Shown here piece by piece: positions 9,557 through 20,700 of a stretch of DNA of 64,000 nucleotides (its first letter is position 1; each line of letters opens with the position of its first letter). Origin of the DNA: Minisyncoccota bacterium (lineage in GTDB: Bacteria; Patescibacteriota; Microgenomatia; UBA1400; PJMF01); NCBI GenBank assembly GCA_018646985.1, contig JABGTR010000004.1, positions 2,946 to 66,945 of the forward strand. The letters run 5' to 3'. The notes beneath the pieces were generated by a model that saw only the letters and a list, made by a program, of their open reading frames with translations, was not told the origin of the DNA and did no database searches. Both the position numbers and the translations under genes were made by a program.

Positions 9557-10030
9557 TTATTTGTTTTTCTTTGCCTTAGTTGTTACTTTTTTCTTAGCCG
9601 GCGTGGCTACCTTAGTTTTTTTAGCTGTTTTCTTAGTTTCTTTTTTGGCAGCTTTCTTGACTTCTTTCTTAACTGCTACTTCTTTTTTAGGCTTATCTTC
9701 TTTGACTTCAAGCTCAACCATGACATGAGAAGTTCTCTTCATGATGCTATGAGCTCTGCCTCTACTCACAGCTCTCCATCTTTTATAAACGGAGCCTGGA
9801 GTGACTTGGATGCTAGATAAAACCAAGCTTTCAAAAGGTAAGCGATGATTATTCATCGCATTGGCAATTGCCTGCTTGACTACTTTTAAGATGCTTAAAC
9901 TAGCTCTTCTGTTTATCACAGCCAACTGACGCATGGCTTGTTCTAAAGACAAATCTTTGACTTCATTAGCCACCAATCGCATTTTGCGAGGTGTCTGTCT
10001 GATTTGTTTCTGTGTAGCTTTAATTTTCAT
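9557..10030 (-). CDS. rplV: 50S ribosomal protein L22 with Lys-rich C-terminal tail
   Basis: TPRKMRLVA, AIANAMNN, SRGRAHSIMKRTSH. Confidence 0.96.
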   Translation of the reverse strand: MKIKATQKQIRQTPRKMRLVANEVKDLSLEQAMRQLAVINRRASLSILKVVKQAIANAMNNHRLPFESLVLSSIQVTPGSVYKRWRAVSRGRAHSIMKRTSHVMVELEVKEDKPKKEVAVKKEVKKAAKKETKKTAKKTKVATPAKKKVTTKAKKNK

Positions 10031-10034
10031 ATCT

Positions 10035-10319
10035 TTAAGTCTTAGTAGCTGTTCGTTTCACCATTCTGCCGTGACCTCTAAAAGTACGAGTCAAGGAGAA
10101 CTCACCTAATTTATGTCCGACCATGTCTTCAGTGCAAAAAACTTCTTTGAACTCTCGACCCTGATGGACTGCAAAAGTATGTCCGACAAACTCAGGAGCA
10201 ATAGTACAATCACGAGACCAAGTCTTAATTGGAGTTTTTTGTCCAACCTGCTTTTGCTTCATGACCTTAGCGATTAGCTTTGGGTCAACATGTGGTCCTT
10301 TTTTACTTGATCTTCCCAT
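10035..10319 (-). CDS. rpsS: 30S ribosomal protein S19
   Basis: [20 protein letters not shown]. Confidence 0.98.
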   Translation of the reverse strand: MGRSSKKGPHVDPKLIAKVMKQKQVGQKTPIKTWSRDCTIAPEFVGHTFAVHQGREFKEVFCTEDMVGHKLGEFSLTRTFRGHGRMVKRTATKT

Positions 10320-10339
10320 ATTTTTTGTCTTGTCTTACT

Positions 10340-11173
10340 TTATATTTTAACTCTTCTATCTCTAATAATAAACTTGCTACTCTTACGTTTACCACGAGTC
10401 TTTTTGCCCAAAGCATGTTTACCCCAAGGAGTCTTAGGATATTTCATACCCACCCCAGATCTACCTTCACCTCCTCCATGAGGATGTGAGCCTGGATGTT
10501 GAGCAACACCTCTCACGGTTGGACGGATACCCATCAATCTCTTTCGACCAGCTTTACCAATCTTTCGATTCTTCCAATCGTGATTTCCAACCTGGCCAAT
10601 TGTAGCGTAGCACTTGAGGTTAATCAAACGCAGCTCTTTAGATGGTAATTGGACAGTCGCATACTTACCTTCTTTAGCTTGGACATAGGCTGCTGTCCCT
10701 GCTCCACGGACTATCTGAGCACCTTTGCCTGGTGTCATCTCAAGATTATGAATCGGAATACCAATCGGCACATTACGTAACGGCATGGCATTACCAGTCT
10801 TAATCTCAACTTTTTCTCCAGCAATAACTTGATCGCCAATATTCAATTCGTCTGGGGCAACCATATATTTCTTTTCACCATCTGGGTAGATGATCAAAGC
10901 AATATTAGCGCTTCTCATTGGATCGTACTCAATTCTCTCGACTCGACCAGCAATATCTCGTTTTCGACGTTTCCAGTCAATAATACGCATTCTTTTCTTC
11001 ACCCCACCACCTCGATGACGCATGGTAATGTGACCTTTATAACCACGACCCTGACGTTTCTTATGGCCCTTGGCTAATAAAGATTTCTCTGGCTCACCTT
11101 TGTATAGATCGCTGCGATCTAAGACAACTTGGTGGCGAGTTCCAGGAGTAGTTGGTTTTCTTTTCTTTAACAT
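10340..11173 (-). CDS. rplB: 50S ribosomal protein L2
   Basis: RHRGGG, IEYDPMRSA, HPHGGGEGR. Start moved to MLKKRKP at 11173. Confidence 0.98.
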   Translation of the reverse strand: MLKKRKPTTPGTRHQVVLDRSDLYKGEPEKSLLAKGHKKRQGRGYKGHITMRHRGGGVKKRMRIIDWKRRKRDIAGRVERIEYDPMRSANIALIIYPDGEKKYMVAPDELNIGDQVIAGEKVEIKTGNAMPLRNVPIGIPIHNLEMTPGKGAQIVRGAGTAAYVQAKEGKYATVQLPSKELRLINLKCYATIGQVGNHDWKNRKIGKAGRKRLMGIRPTVRGVAQHPGSHPHGGGEGRSGVGMKYPKTPWGKHALGKKTRGKRKSSKFIIRDRRVKI

Positions 11174-11174
11174 A

Positions 11175-11471
11175 TTATTGGTTGTAAATATCAAATAATT
11201 CTATATTGTCACCTTCTTTAAGAGTTGCCATAGCTTTTTTAACTTGGGCAATTTGCTTCTCTAAACGACGCTTGCCAGTTTTCTTAACACTTACATTTCT
11301 AGTAGTAGTGTTAATTCTCAATACAGTTACGCTATAAAGCTCTTCAATTGCTTCTTTGATTTGCTGCTTATTGGCTAATCGATCTACTTCAAAAGTGTAG
11401 GTATTGCTTGCGTTAGCCAGCTGCATTGATTTTTCAGTAATGATTGGTCGTTTTAAGATATATGGATTCAT
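11175..11471 (-). CDS. rplW: 50S ribosomal protein L23
   Basis: PIITEKS, ANKQQIKEAIE, KKAMATL. Confidence 0.96.
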   Translation of the reverse strand: MNPYILKRPIITEKSMQLANASNTYTFEVDRLANKQQIKEAIEELYSVTVLRINTTTRNVSVKKTGKRRLEKQIAQVKKAMATLKEGDNIELFDIYNQ

Positions 11472-11473
11472 TT

Positions 11474-12127
11474 TTAGCTATCTTTTTTGACTACTTTAAT
11501 ATGCTTAGCTAATTTTTCTTCAAGCTGTTTGAGAGCGTCTGTGGTGATAATGATCTTATCAGCTAAAGAAACCTCGTAGATATTGATTCGCTGTGCTCTA
11601 GTCACCACCACTCTTTGAATGTTTCTCAAACTTCTGATTATTTCTGGATTAGACTCAGTCAAAACAACTAAGATTTTTTCATTTTTATCTCTGATCTTAC
11701 TAAGCAACTCTACAGCTTGCTTGGTCTTACCAGTTAGCTCATTGAAGCCATCACAGACGACAATATTTTTTTGCTGAGCACTTAAAGCAGAGATCAATGC
11801 TTGAGACTTAAAACGTTTGGTGAGCTTAAGCTTCCAATTAGATAGGCCAGTTGGGCCATGGGCCACACCACCACCTACAAAAATTGGAGCATTTTTAGAA
11901 CCATGACGAGCATTACCAGTTCCTTTTTGAGCATATGCCTTCTTTTTAGTGCGGTTAACAGCAGATCTGTTTTTGACTTTACTAGTTCCTTGACGTTGAT
12001 TGGCTAAATAAACTCGAATGCCTTGAGAGAGCAATTTCTTATTTACTTCAGCATTAAAGACAGTTTCACTGGCTGTGACAGCAGTCTTACTTTTAGCACC
12101 AGTTTTTGTATAAGTAGTTAATTTCAT
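11474..12127 (-). CDS. rplD: 50S ribosomal protein L4
   Basis: RQGTSKVKNRS, QKGTGNARHG, GGGVAHGP. Confidence 0.97.
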   Translation of the reverse strand: MKLTTYTKTGAKSKTAVTASETVFNAEVNKKLLSQGIRVYLANQRQGTSKVKNRSAVNRTKKKAYAQKGTGNARHGSKNAPIFVGGGVAHGPTGLSNWKLKLTKRFKSQALISALSAQQKNIVVCDGFNELTGKTKQAVELLSKIRDKNEKILVVLTESNPEIIRSLRNIQRVVVTRAQRINIYEVSLADKIIITTDALKQLEEKLAKHIKVVKKDS

Positions 12128-12864
12128 TATTTAGTTTCTTCCTCTTTAGACTCAGGTTCTGCAGCGACTTCCTTGACTACAATGCCTGAGGCATCATTAT
12201 CTAACTCAATCATTTTTTTATCACCAGTTTTAGTGATCTTAACTGTGGATGAATAAAATCCTGGTACTGGGCCGCTGAGCCAAACTTCGCCAGTTTCTTG
12301 ATCTAAATGAACTACTACTAAGCCACTGATAGTCTTAGTATCAGTTCCGTAGTGTCCAGGCATCTTTTTTCCTGGCCAAACACGACCTGGGTCTGTACCA
12401 GCACCGATTGATCCTGGAGCACGTTCTCGATCTGATTGACCATGAGTACGTTGACCACCACTGAATCCCCAGCGCTTCATGACGCCAGCAAAACCTCGAC
12501 CTTTAGTTATTCCTTGGACTTTAACTACATCACCCACTTCTAAAACTTGACCCACTTTAACAACATCGCCGATCTTGGTTTGATCAGCGCTATCATTTTC
12601 GTCTTGAGTTGAAGGAGTGAATTGTTTAACTCCTTGGAGTTGGGTTACACCTATAGAAAAACCACTCTTTTGCATTTTGCTGCGGAGTGGCTTAGACATG
12701 TTTTTTATTTTTTTCTGACCATAGCCAACTTCAAAAGTATCAGCTGATTTTTTATCAACTATTAAATTATCATCAGCTTTGCAACGAGTAATAGCCAGCC
12801 GCTTACCTTGTTTTGACCAGGCTTGGGTCATATCTAGTTTGGTGGCAAAAATACTGTATAACAT
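12127..12864 (-). CDS. rplC: 50S ribosomal protein L3
   Basis: KGRGFAGVMKRWGF, APGSIG, GKKMPGHYG. Confidence 0.97.
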   Translation of the reverse strand: MLYSIFATKLDMTQAWSKQGKRLAITRCKADDNLIVDKKSADTFEVGYGQKKIKNMSKPLRSKMQKSGFSIGVTQLQGVKQFTPSTQDENDSADQTKIGDVVKVGQVLEVGDVVKVQGITKGRGFAGVMKRWGFSGGQRTHGQSDRERAPGSIGAGTDPGRVWPGKKMPGHYGTDTKTISGLVVVHLDQETGEVWLSGPVPGFYSSTVKITKTGDKKMIELDNDASGIVVKEVAAEPESKEEETK

Positions 12865-12935
12865 GGTTCTTTTTTTCTTTAATCAGCAAATTTAGTTTTA
12901 TCATTCTTTTTTTAAGAAGCCCTGACAACTTCTTG

Positions 12936-13265
12936 TTACATCTTGATTTGGATATCAACCCCTGCAGGTAACTCCAAATGCATTAACGAGTCAATTGTTT
13001 TACTCGTTGGGTTGACAATGTCAATCAACCGTTTATGGGTTCTAATAACGTATTTCTCCTGCGAATCCTTGTCCGTGTGTGGAGAGATAATCACCGTAAA
13101 CCATTTACGATGGGTTGGTAAAGGAATTGGTCCTTTAACCATCGCCCCAGTTGATAAAGCAGTCTCTAAAATCTTTTTACCAGCTTCATCGACTACTCGA
13201 TGATCATAAGATTTGAGTCTGACTCTAATTTTGTAGGCGTCGTTTTTCTTAGAACTTGTTGCCAT
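12936..13265 (-). CDS. rpsJ: 30S ribosomal protein S10
   Basis: [26 protein letters not shown]. Confidence 0.98.
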   Translation of the reverse strand: MATSSKKNDAYKIRVRLKSYDHRVVDEAGKKILETALSTGAMVKGPIPLPTHRKWFTVIISPHTDKDSQEKYVIRTHKRLIDIVNPTSKTIDSLMHLELPAGVDIQIKM

Positions 13266-13314
13266 ATTTTGTTAATGTTTTATTAGTTTCTATCTATACT
13301 TAAAACAAAGCGTG

Positions 13315-13392
13315 ATTATATCTGGTCTCTGCCTGGTTGTACAGAGTTATTTCGCTTTATTTATTTATTAAGACTAGGCGACTATTGTAACA
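13315..13392 (-). promoter_or_regulatory. tandem -10 promoters for the S10 operon
   Basis: TGTTACAAT at 13392-13384 and TATAAT at 13320-13315, both downstream of the tuf terminator. Confidence 0.55.
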
Positions 13393-13408
13393 GAGCTTTC
13401 TATAAATG

Positions 13409-13433
13409 AAAAGTCCCGCCTCGGCGGGACTTT
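13409..13433 (-). terminator. intrinsic terminator after tuf
   Basis: Perfect inverted repeat AAAGTCCCGCC-GA-GGCGGGACTTT ending in a T run, about 20 nt after the tuf stop. Confidence 0.9.
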
Positions 13434-13451
13434 CCTCATATTTTAATTATA

Positions 13452-14648
13452 TTATTTTATAATTTTTGTAATTGCTCCAGCACCAATAGTGTGGCCACCT
13501 TCGCGGATAGCGAAGCGTAATCCATCAGCCATAGCTACAGGGACAATTAGCTTAACAGTCATCTTAGCGTTGTCGCCAGGCATGACCATTTCAACACCAT
13601 CAGGGAGAGCAATCTCTCCAGTTACATCAGTAGTTCTGATGTAAAACTGAGGTCTGTATCCGGTGAAAAATGGCTTATGACGACCACCTTCTTCTTTGGT
13701 TAAGATATATACTTCAGCTTCAAACTCGGTGTGAGGGCTAGCAGTGCCTGGCTTAGCCAAGACCTGACCACGTTCGATGTCATCTTTACCGATCCCTCTA
13801 AGGAGGATACCGACGTTGTCTCCAGCTTGACCATCGTCAAGTAATTTACGGAACATCTCGACACCTGTAACGGTGGTTTTAGCAGTATCTCTAATACCAA
13901 CCATCTCAATTTCTTCACCCACTTTGACTTTACCAGAGGCAATGCGACCAGTCACAACTGTACCGCGGCCTTTGATTGAAAAGACATCTTCGATTGGCAT
14001 TAAGAATGGTTTATCAAGATCGCGAACTGGCTCTGGAATGTATTCATCAACAGCGTTGATTAATTCCATCACTTTATCTTGAGCTTCAGCATCACCTTCG
14101 AGAGCTTTAAGAGCACTCACTCGGACTACTGGAGCATTATCACCATCAAATTTGTATTTAGTTAAGAGTTCCCTGACTTCCATTTCGACTAAGTCTAAGA
14201 GTTCAGGATCATCAACCATGTCAACTTTATTTAAAGCGACAATAATTTTTGGAACGTTAACTTGTTTAGCTAAGAGGATATGCTCTCTGGTTTGAGGCAT
14301 AGGACCATCATTAGCGGCGACTACCAAGATAGCACCGTCCATTTGAGCGGCACCGGTGATCATGTTTTTAATGTAATCAGCATGTCCTGGAGCATCAATA
14401 TGAGCATAATGACGTTTTTCAGTCTCGTACTCAATGTGGGAAATGTTAATTGTCACACCTCGAGCTGCTTCTTCAGGAGCATTGTCGATATCTAAATATC
14501 CAAGTGCTTTATTAATATCACTGGGCAGCTTGGCTGCTAATGTTTGGGTAATAGCGGCGGTTAGAGTAGTTTTACCATGGTCGACGTGACCAATGGTGCC
14601 CACGTTAACGTGAGTTTTATCTCTCTTGAATTTCTTGTCGTCTGACAT
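13452..14648 (-). CDS. tuf: elongation factor Tu
   Basis: [33 protein letters not shown]. Confidence 0.99.
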   Translation of the reverse strand: MSDDKKFKRDKTHVNVGTIGHVDHGKTTLTAAITQTLAAKLPSDINKALGYLDIDNAPEEAARGVTINISHIEYETEKRHYAHIDAPGHADYIKNMITGAAQMDGAILVVAANDGPMPQTREHILLAKQVNVPKIIVALNKVDMVDDPELLDLVEMEVRELLTKYKFDGDNAPVVRVSALKALEGDAEAQDKVMELINAVDEYIPEPVRDLDKPFLMPIEDVFSIKGRGTVVTGRIASGKVKVGEEIEMVGIRDTAKTTVTGVEMFRKLLDDGQAGDNVGILLRGIGKDDIERGQVLAKPGTASPHTEFEAEVYILTKEEGGRHKPFFTGYRPQFYIRTTDVTGEIALPDGVEMVMPGDNAKMTVKLIVPVAMADGLRFAIREGGHTIGAGAITKIIK

Positions 14649-14708
14649 ATTGTCTCCTTTTATGTTTGCTAATGTGTATAGCTAAATATTTTTTTACTTT
14701 TTACTAAA

Positions 14709-16832
14709 TTATTCAGATTTAGTTCTTTGCTTAATAATTTCTTCAGTGATGTTTGCTGGCACCTCTTGATAGTGACTTGGCAATAAAACACTAGAGGCAC
14801 GACCTTGAGTCATGCTTCTCAAAATTGTAACATAGCCTTGCATCTCTGCCAACGGGACCAATCCAGTAATAATCACCATCTTACCGCGATTAGTTGTCCC
14901 TTGGATCTGACCTCGGCGGCTACTTAAATCTCCAATCACATCTCCCATAAAATTATCCGGAGCAGTGACTTCAACTTTCATAATTGGCTCAAGTAGAATC
15001 ACATCAGCTTTAGATAAAGCATCTCGGAGGGCTAATGAGCCAGCCATCTTAAAAGCAACTTCACTAGAGTCAACATCGTGGAAGGATCCATCATAAACTG
15101 TGACTGAGAAATCAACCATTGGGTACTTGGCTAAATAACCACGCTCCATTGACTCGATAATACCTTTGTTAATTGGCTTGATAAATTCACGAGGAATAAC
15201 ACCGCCTTTGATTTCATCAATGTATTCGTATCCAGAACCAGGATCTGTAGGCTCAATCTTAATCAAACAGTGACCATACTGACCTCGGCCACCGGTTTGC
15301 TTAATGTATTTACCTTCACCTTCAGCATATTTCTTAATAGTTTCTTTGTAAGCTACTTGAGGTTTACCGACTCCAGCATCAACACTAAATTCACGTTTCA
15401 TCCGGTCGACAATAATCTCTAGATGCAGCTCACCCATTCCACCAATAATAGTTTGACCTGTTTCATGGTCAACTTCGATACTAAAGGTTGGATCTTCTTC
15501 AGAAAGCTTGTTTAAAGCCATCCCCATTTTTTCTTGATCAGCTTTAGTTTTAGGCTCAATTGCCAACGAAATAACTGGATCTGCAAAAGTAATTCTTTCT
15601 AACTCGATGGGGTGATCTTCATCACATAAGGTATCACCAGTAGTAGTATTTTTCAAACCAATCAAAGCTACAATCTCTCCAGCTTGCGCATACCCTATTT
15701 CTTCACGCTCATTAGCGTGCATCAAGAGTAATCTACCAACACGCTCCTTATTGCCAGAAGAAGAATTGTAAACATAACTTCCGGACTCAATTTTTCCAGA
15801 GTAGACTCTCATGTAAGTCAAACGACCCACATGAGGATCCGATTGAATTTTAAAAGCTAAGCCAGCGAAGGGTTCTTCTGGTTTAAGTGCGCGCTGCACT
15901 TCTTCATCTGTTTTAGGATTAATTCCATCGATATGATCAATATCCATTGGAGATGGTAAGTACTCAATGACTGCATCTAAAAGTGGCTGCACGCCAGTGT
16001 TCTTAAGTGAAGAGCCGGCCATGACTGGCACCAATTTATAATCAATTACAGCTTTTCGTAGAGCTGCTTTCAGATCATTAACTGCAATCTCTTCTTCCAT
16101 TAAAAACTTTTCCATTAGCGCATCATCTGTTTCAGCAATTGCTTCCACTAATTCAGCTCGTAGTTTCTTGGCTTCATCTTTATATTCATCTGGAATGTCT
16201 TTTATTTCGGGCTCAGTAGCAGTAGTTTTATCTTCCCAGAAATAAGCTTTCTCATCTAGTAACTGGATTACTCCTTGGAAACTATCTTCAGCTCCCATTG
16301 GTAAGTTTAAGATAGCTGGCTTAACACCAAATTTGTCTCTAATATCTTGGATAGTGGCCATAAAATCTGCCCCCAATTTATCCATCTTATTTACAAAACA
16401 AACTCGAGGCACATTGTACTTATCAGCTTGACGCCACACAGTTTCTGATTGGGATTGAACTCCTTCAGAAGCATCTAAAACAGTTACTCCGCCATCAAGA
16501 ACTCTTAGAGAGCGCTCAACTTCGGCAGTAAAATCAACATGTCCTGGAGTATCAATAATATTCAAACGGTAATCATCTTTAGCTAAGTGGGAATCAAAGT
16601 AAGGCTTCCAAAAAGCAGTGGTGGCAGCTGACATAATGGTGATGCCTCGCTCTTGTTCTTGAGCCATCCAGTCCATAGTGGCTTCACCTTCATGGACTTC
16701 ACCGATCTTGTAAGTTCGGCCAGTATAAAACAATATTCTTTCAGTAGTGGTGGTCTTACCCGCATCAATATGGGCAATAATACCAATATTACGAATCTTA
16801 TCTAGAGGAATTTTCTTCTGAGTTTTGGGCAT
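14709..16832 (-). CDS. fusA: elongation factor G
   Basis: [39 protein letters not shown]. Confidence 0.99.
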   Translation of the reverse strand: MPKTQKKIPLDKIRNIGIIAHIDAGKTTTTERILFYTGRTYKIGEVHEGEATMDWMAQEQERGITIMSAATTAFWKPYFDSHLAKDDYRLNIIDTPGHVDFTAEVERSLRVLDGGVTVLDASEGVQSQSETVWRQADKYNVPRVCFVNKMDKLGADFMATIQDIRDKFGVKPAILNLPMGAEDSFQGVIQLLDEKAYFWEDKTTATEPEIKDIPDEYKDEAKKLRAELVEAIAETDDALMEKFLMEEEIAVNDLKAALRKAVIDYKLVPVMAGSSLKNTGVQPLLDAVIEYLPSPMDIDHIDGINPKTDEEVQRALKPEEPFAGLAFKIQSDPHVGRLTYMRVYSGKIESGSYVYNSSSGNKERVGRLLLMHANEREEIGYAQAGEIVALIGLKNTTTGDTLCDEDHPIELERITFADPVISLAIEPKTKADQEKMGMALNKLSEEDPTFSIEVDHETGQTIIGGMGELHLEIIVDRMKREFSVDAGVGKPQVAYKETIKKYAEGEGKYIKQTGGRGQYGHCLIKIEPTDPGSGYEYIDEIKGGVIPREFIKPINKGIIESMERGYLAKYPMVDFSVTVYDGSFHDVDSSEVAFKMAGSLALRDALSKADVILLEPIMKVEVTAPDNFMGDVIGDLSSRRGQIQGTTNRGKMVIITGLVPLAEMQGYVTILRSMTQGRASSVLLPSHYQEVPANITEEIIKQRTKSE

Positions 16833-16838
16833 ATTTTT

Positions 16839-17315
16839 TTACCATCTAAAGTGGGCAAAAGCTTTGTTGGCATCAGCCATTTTGTGACTGGTGTCGCGGC
16901 GATTAATAGTTCCACCTTGTTCATTTAAAATATCAAGCATTTCTGCAGCTAATTTTTCTGCAAAAGAATGATGCTCTTTATTTAGTCTTTTATTAGCCTC
17001 ATTAACTAGCCATCTGAGGGCTAATGAATTAGCACGACGAGCTTTAACTGGCATTGGCACCTGATAAGATGCTCCACCGACTCGGCGTGTTCTAACTTCT
17101 ATCTGAGGCTTAATCTTTTCTAAAACCTCCTCATAAACTTCGAGGGGTTTTCTTTTAGTCTTTTCTTTAACAATCTCGAAAGCATTGTAGACCTGTTTTT
17201 GAGCAACAGTTTTCTTACCACTCTGCATAACTCTATTGATAAGCTGAGAAATTTTTACAGAACCATACTTAAGGTCTGGCTTAATATCTCGTGGGGGGAA
17301 TCTTTTTGTTCTCAT
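16839..17315 (-). CDS. rpsG: 30S ribosomal protein S7
   Basis: RRVGGASYQVP, MADANKAFAHFRW. Confidence 0.98.
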   Translation of the reverse strand: MRTKRFPPRDIKPDLKYGSVKISQLINRVMQSGKKTVAQKQVYNAFEIVKEKTKRKPLEVYEEVLEKIKPQIEVRTRRVGGASYQVPMPVKARRANSLALRWLVNEANKRLNKEHHSFAEKLAAEMLDILNEQGGTINRRDTSHKMADANKAFAHFRW

Positions 17316-17317
17316 AA

Positions 17318-17725
17318 TTAGCTTCTCTTGACACCATATTTACTGCGGCTGGTTTTACGATCAGTGACACCTTCACTATCATAAACACCACGGACCACAT
17401 GATACTTAACACCAGGTAAATCTTTGACTCTTCCACCTCTAACTAGGACTACACTATGTTCTGCTAAGTTATGACCTTCTCCTGGGATGTAAGCGGTGAC
17501 TTCAATCTTATTAGATAATCTGACACGAGCTACTTTACGCAGAGCAGAGTTTGGTTTTTTAGGAGTCATGGTTTTGACTACTGTACAAACTCCTCTCTTC
17601 TGAGGATTATTGGTCTTCACAGGCGAATTCTTAAGCATGTTAAAGCTACGTCTAAAGGCAGTAGACTTGACTCGCTTAGGTTTTGACTTGCGACCTTTTC
17701 TGACTAGTTGATTAATTGTAGGCAT
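17318..17725 (-). CDS. rpsL: 30S ribosomal protein S12
   Basis: [34 protein letters not shown]. Confidence 0.99.
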   Translation of the reverse strand: MPTINQLVRKGRKSKPKRVKSTAFRRSFNMLKNSPVKTNNPQKRGVCTVVKTMTPKKPNSALRKVARVRLSNKIEVTAYIPGEGHNLAEHSVVLVRGGRVKDLPGVKYHVVRGVYDSEGVTDRKTSRSKYGVKRS

Positions 17726-17734
17726 AAGAGCGTG

Positions 17735-17743
17735 ATTGTAACA
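17735..17743 (-). promoter_or_regulatory. extended -10 promoter of the str operon (near-leaderless)
   Basis: TGTTACAAT, then 9 nt, then the rpsL ATG. Confidence 0.7.
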
Positions 17744-17752
17744 TAAACTAAC

Positions 17753-20700
17753 TTATACTTCTATCTGGGCTCTCTCTGGTGTAGTTGGAATCAAGCGCCC
17801 GATGATAACATTCTCTTTTAGACCGTCGAGGTAATCAATTGCTCCTTTGGAAGAAGCATTTGTGAGAACACTCTTGGTGTGCTGGAATGAAGCCGCTGAT
17901 AACCAGGAGTGAGTGTAAAGAGCACTTCTAGTAATACCTAGCAACATCACCTTAGCACTAGCTGGCTCGCCACCAGCTGCCATGATGTCATCATTACCTT
18001 GAATCAATTGACTTCTCTCTATCACTTCTCCAGTTAAGAACTCTGTATCACCTGATTTCTCAATTTTAACTTTATCACCCATCTTGCGGGCAATAACTTC
18101 AAAATGTTTGTCGTGGATAGTGATACCCTGAGATTCATAAACATACTGGACACTGTCAACGATATATTGTTGAGTGTGAAGTAAGCCTCTGACTAACAAG
18201 AGCTCACTTAAGTTAACACTACCAGCAGTTAAACTCTCTCCAGCTGCAATCAAATCTCCATCATCTACTATCAAAGCAGTATTTAAACTTACTTTGTAAG
18301 AAACTTCTTCTTTGGGTGAAGTGGTGGTAGTAATAGTAATCTCTATCTCTTTATCACCTTCATCAATTTTAACTTTTCCAGTTAACTCAGAGATGAGTGC
18401 CTTGCTCTTTGGGTTTCGAGATTCAAAAATTTCTTCGACTCTAGGTAAACCTTGAGTCACGTCTAAACCAACGATACCTCCAGAATGCTTGACCCTCATA
18501 GTCAGCTGAGTACCTGGCTCTCCAATTGATTGAGCGGCAGCTACACCGACTGGGACACCGATTTCGACAATCTTACGAGTTGAGAAATCCCAACCGTAAC
18601 AGTGAGCACACATCCCTTGAACGGCCTCACATGTAAGAGGGGATCTGACTTTAATTATAGTAATTTTTTCATCAGCAGCTATTTTTTCAGTCAAATCTGG
18701 AGTAATTACCTCTCCAACTTTAACTACTACTTTTGAATCAACCTTAATATCTTGTAAGGAAACTCTACCCAGGATGCGATCAGCAAAACTATTTGATCTT
18801 TCACCCTCTCTAATGATCTCAACCCCATTAGTGGTCCCACAATCATCTTGACGAATAATTACATCATGAGATACATCGACCAATCTTCTGGTTAGATAAC
18901 CTGCATCAGCTGTCTTTAAAGCTGAGTCAGTTAAACCTTTTCTGGATCCACGAGCTGATGTTACATACTCAAAGATTGATAATCCTTGTCTAAAGTTAGA
19001 TTTAGTTGGCATTTCCACAATATTTCCCAAAGGATCTACTACCAAACCTCTCATAGCAGCTAATTGCTTGACCTGATCTCTAGAAGCACGTGTACCTCCA
19101 GAATCAATAATCACTTTCACAGCATTATCCTTGCTATAAGAATCCCAAGTCTTATCAGCTACTTCTTCAGTCGTATCCATCCAAACTTGATTATTCAGTT
19201 TTTTACGCTCTTCATTTGTAACCAATCCCTCTTGATAACTATCTTGAATCTTCTCAACTTGCTTGTTAGCTCTATCGATAATCTGATCCTTTTCATCAAT
19301 CATTTCACAATCAACAACTGATACAGAGATACCTGAAAGAGTGGCGGCATCAAAGCCAAGATCTTTAATGTTATCAATCAATTTAGTGACTTCATCTCGA
19401 GGTTGAGTTTCGATAGCCAAAGTTACCAAGGCTTTAATTTTCTTGGCAGTAACTGCCTCATTAATGTAGTCAGTCCCATCTCCTAAAAGGAGATTAAATT
19501 GAATTCTACCGACAGTTGTCCTCACAATTTTAGTCTCTTTGTTTGAAACTAAACGAACCTTTACTGCCTGATGAAGATCAATTAAACCTATCTGATGAGC
19601 ATGAAAAGCTTCGTCTATGTCTGTGAAAATTGATGGGTACTCTGGCAGATCCTCATTCAAGATCGTCTGATAGTAAACTCCCATAGCCATCTCTTTATTA
19701 GGCATAGTGACGGGTTCACTATTAGCTGGTTTGAGCAAGTTCTGAGTTGACATTAATAAATCAACTTGTTCTTGCTGAGCTTGTTTGGTTAATGGTACGT
19801 GGACAGCCATTTGGTCACCATCAAAATCAGCATTATAGCCAGAACAGACACATGGATGAAGTCGAATCGCTTTTCCCTCAACTAAAATAGGATAAAAGGA
19901 TTGCATACCCAGCTTATGTAAGGTTGGTGCTCTATTTAGGATTACGGGATGGTTTTCAGTTACTTTTTCCAAAATGTCATAAACCTCAGGCTCACGACGA
20001 TCTATCAAGTGGCGAGCACTTTTTACATTTGGAGCAATGCCGTTGAGAATCAACTCTCGCAATACATGGGGCTTAAACATTTCTAACGCCATATCTTTAG
20101 GTAAACCACACTGGTTAAGTTTTAACTCAGGACCGACGACAATTACACTTCGCCCTGAATAATCGACTCTTTTTCCTAAAAGATTGCGACGGAATCGACC
20201 TTGCTTTCCCTTAAGCATGTCTGAGAGTGACTTTAGCTCTCGCTGTCGACGACGCTTAGTATTGCTTTGATCAATTAAAGAATCGACTGCTTCCTGGAGC
20301 ATTCGTTTTTCATTGCGTAAAATAATATCTGGAGCTCCCAAATCAATTAAGTGTTTCAAACGATTGTTGCGATTAATAACTCTTCTATAGAGATCGTTGA
20401 GATCAGAAGTAGCAAACCTACCGCCAGAAAGTTGGACCATTGGTCTCAAATCTGGTGGAATAACTGGCAAAGTGGTTAAGAACATCCAGCTAGGATCAAT
20501 CTCAGCTTTGCGCAAACCCTCAACTACTCTAAGACGCTTAATCATCTTAACTTTGCGAGCACCTTTGGAGTTAGTTATCTCTTCACGAAGGTAAACTACT
20601 AGAGAATCTAGATCTAACTCTTTTACCAACTCGAGAATGCTTTCAGCACCCATACCAACTCTAATGTGACCATCGGCATCATAATCAATTAGCTTGATGT

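Noticed and set aside
9254-9820. 188-aa plus-strand ORF and the many other short antisense or alternate-frame ORFs
   Set aside because: They shadow well-supported genes and show no recognisable motifs.
12914-12934. Hairpin AAGAAG...CTTCTT between rpsJ and rplC as a terminator or L4 leader
   Set aside because: It is followed by an A run on the coding strand and is too short to assign.
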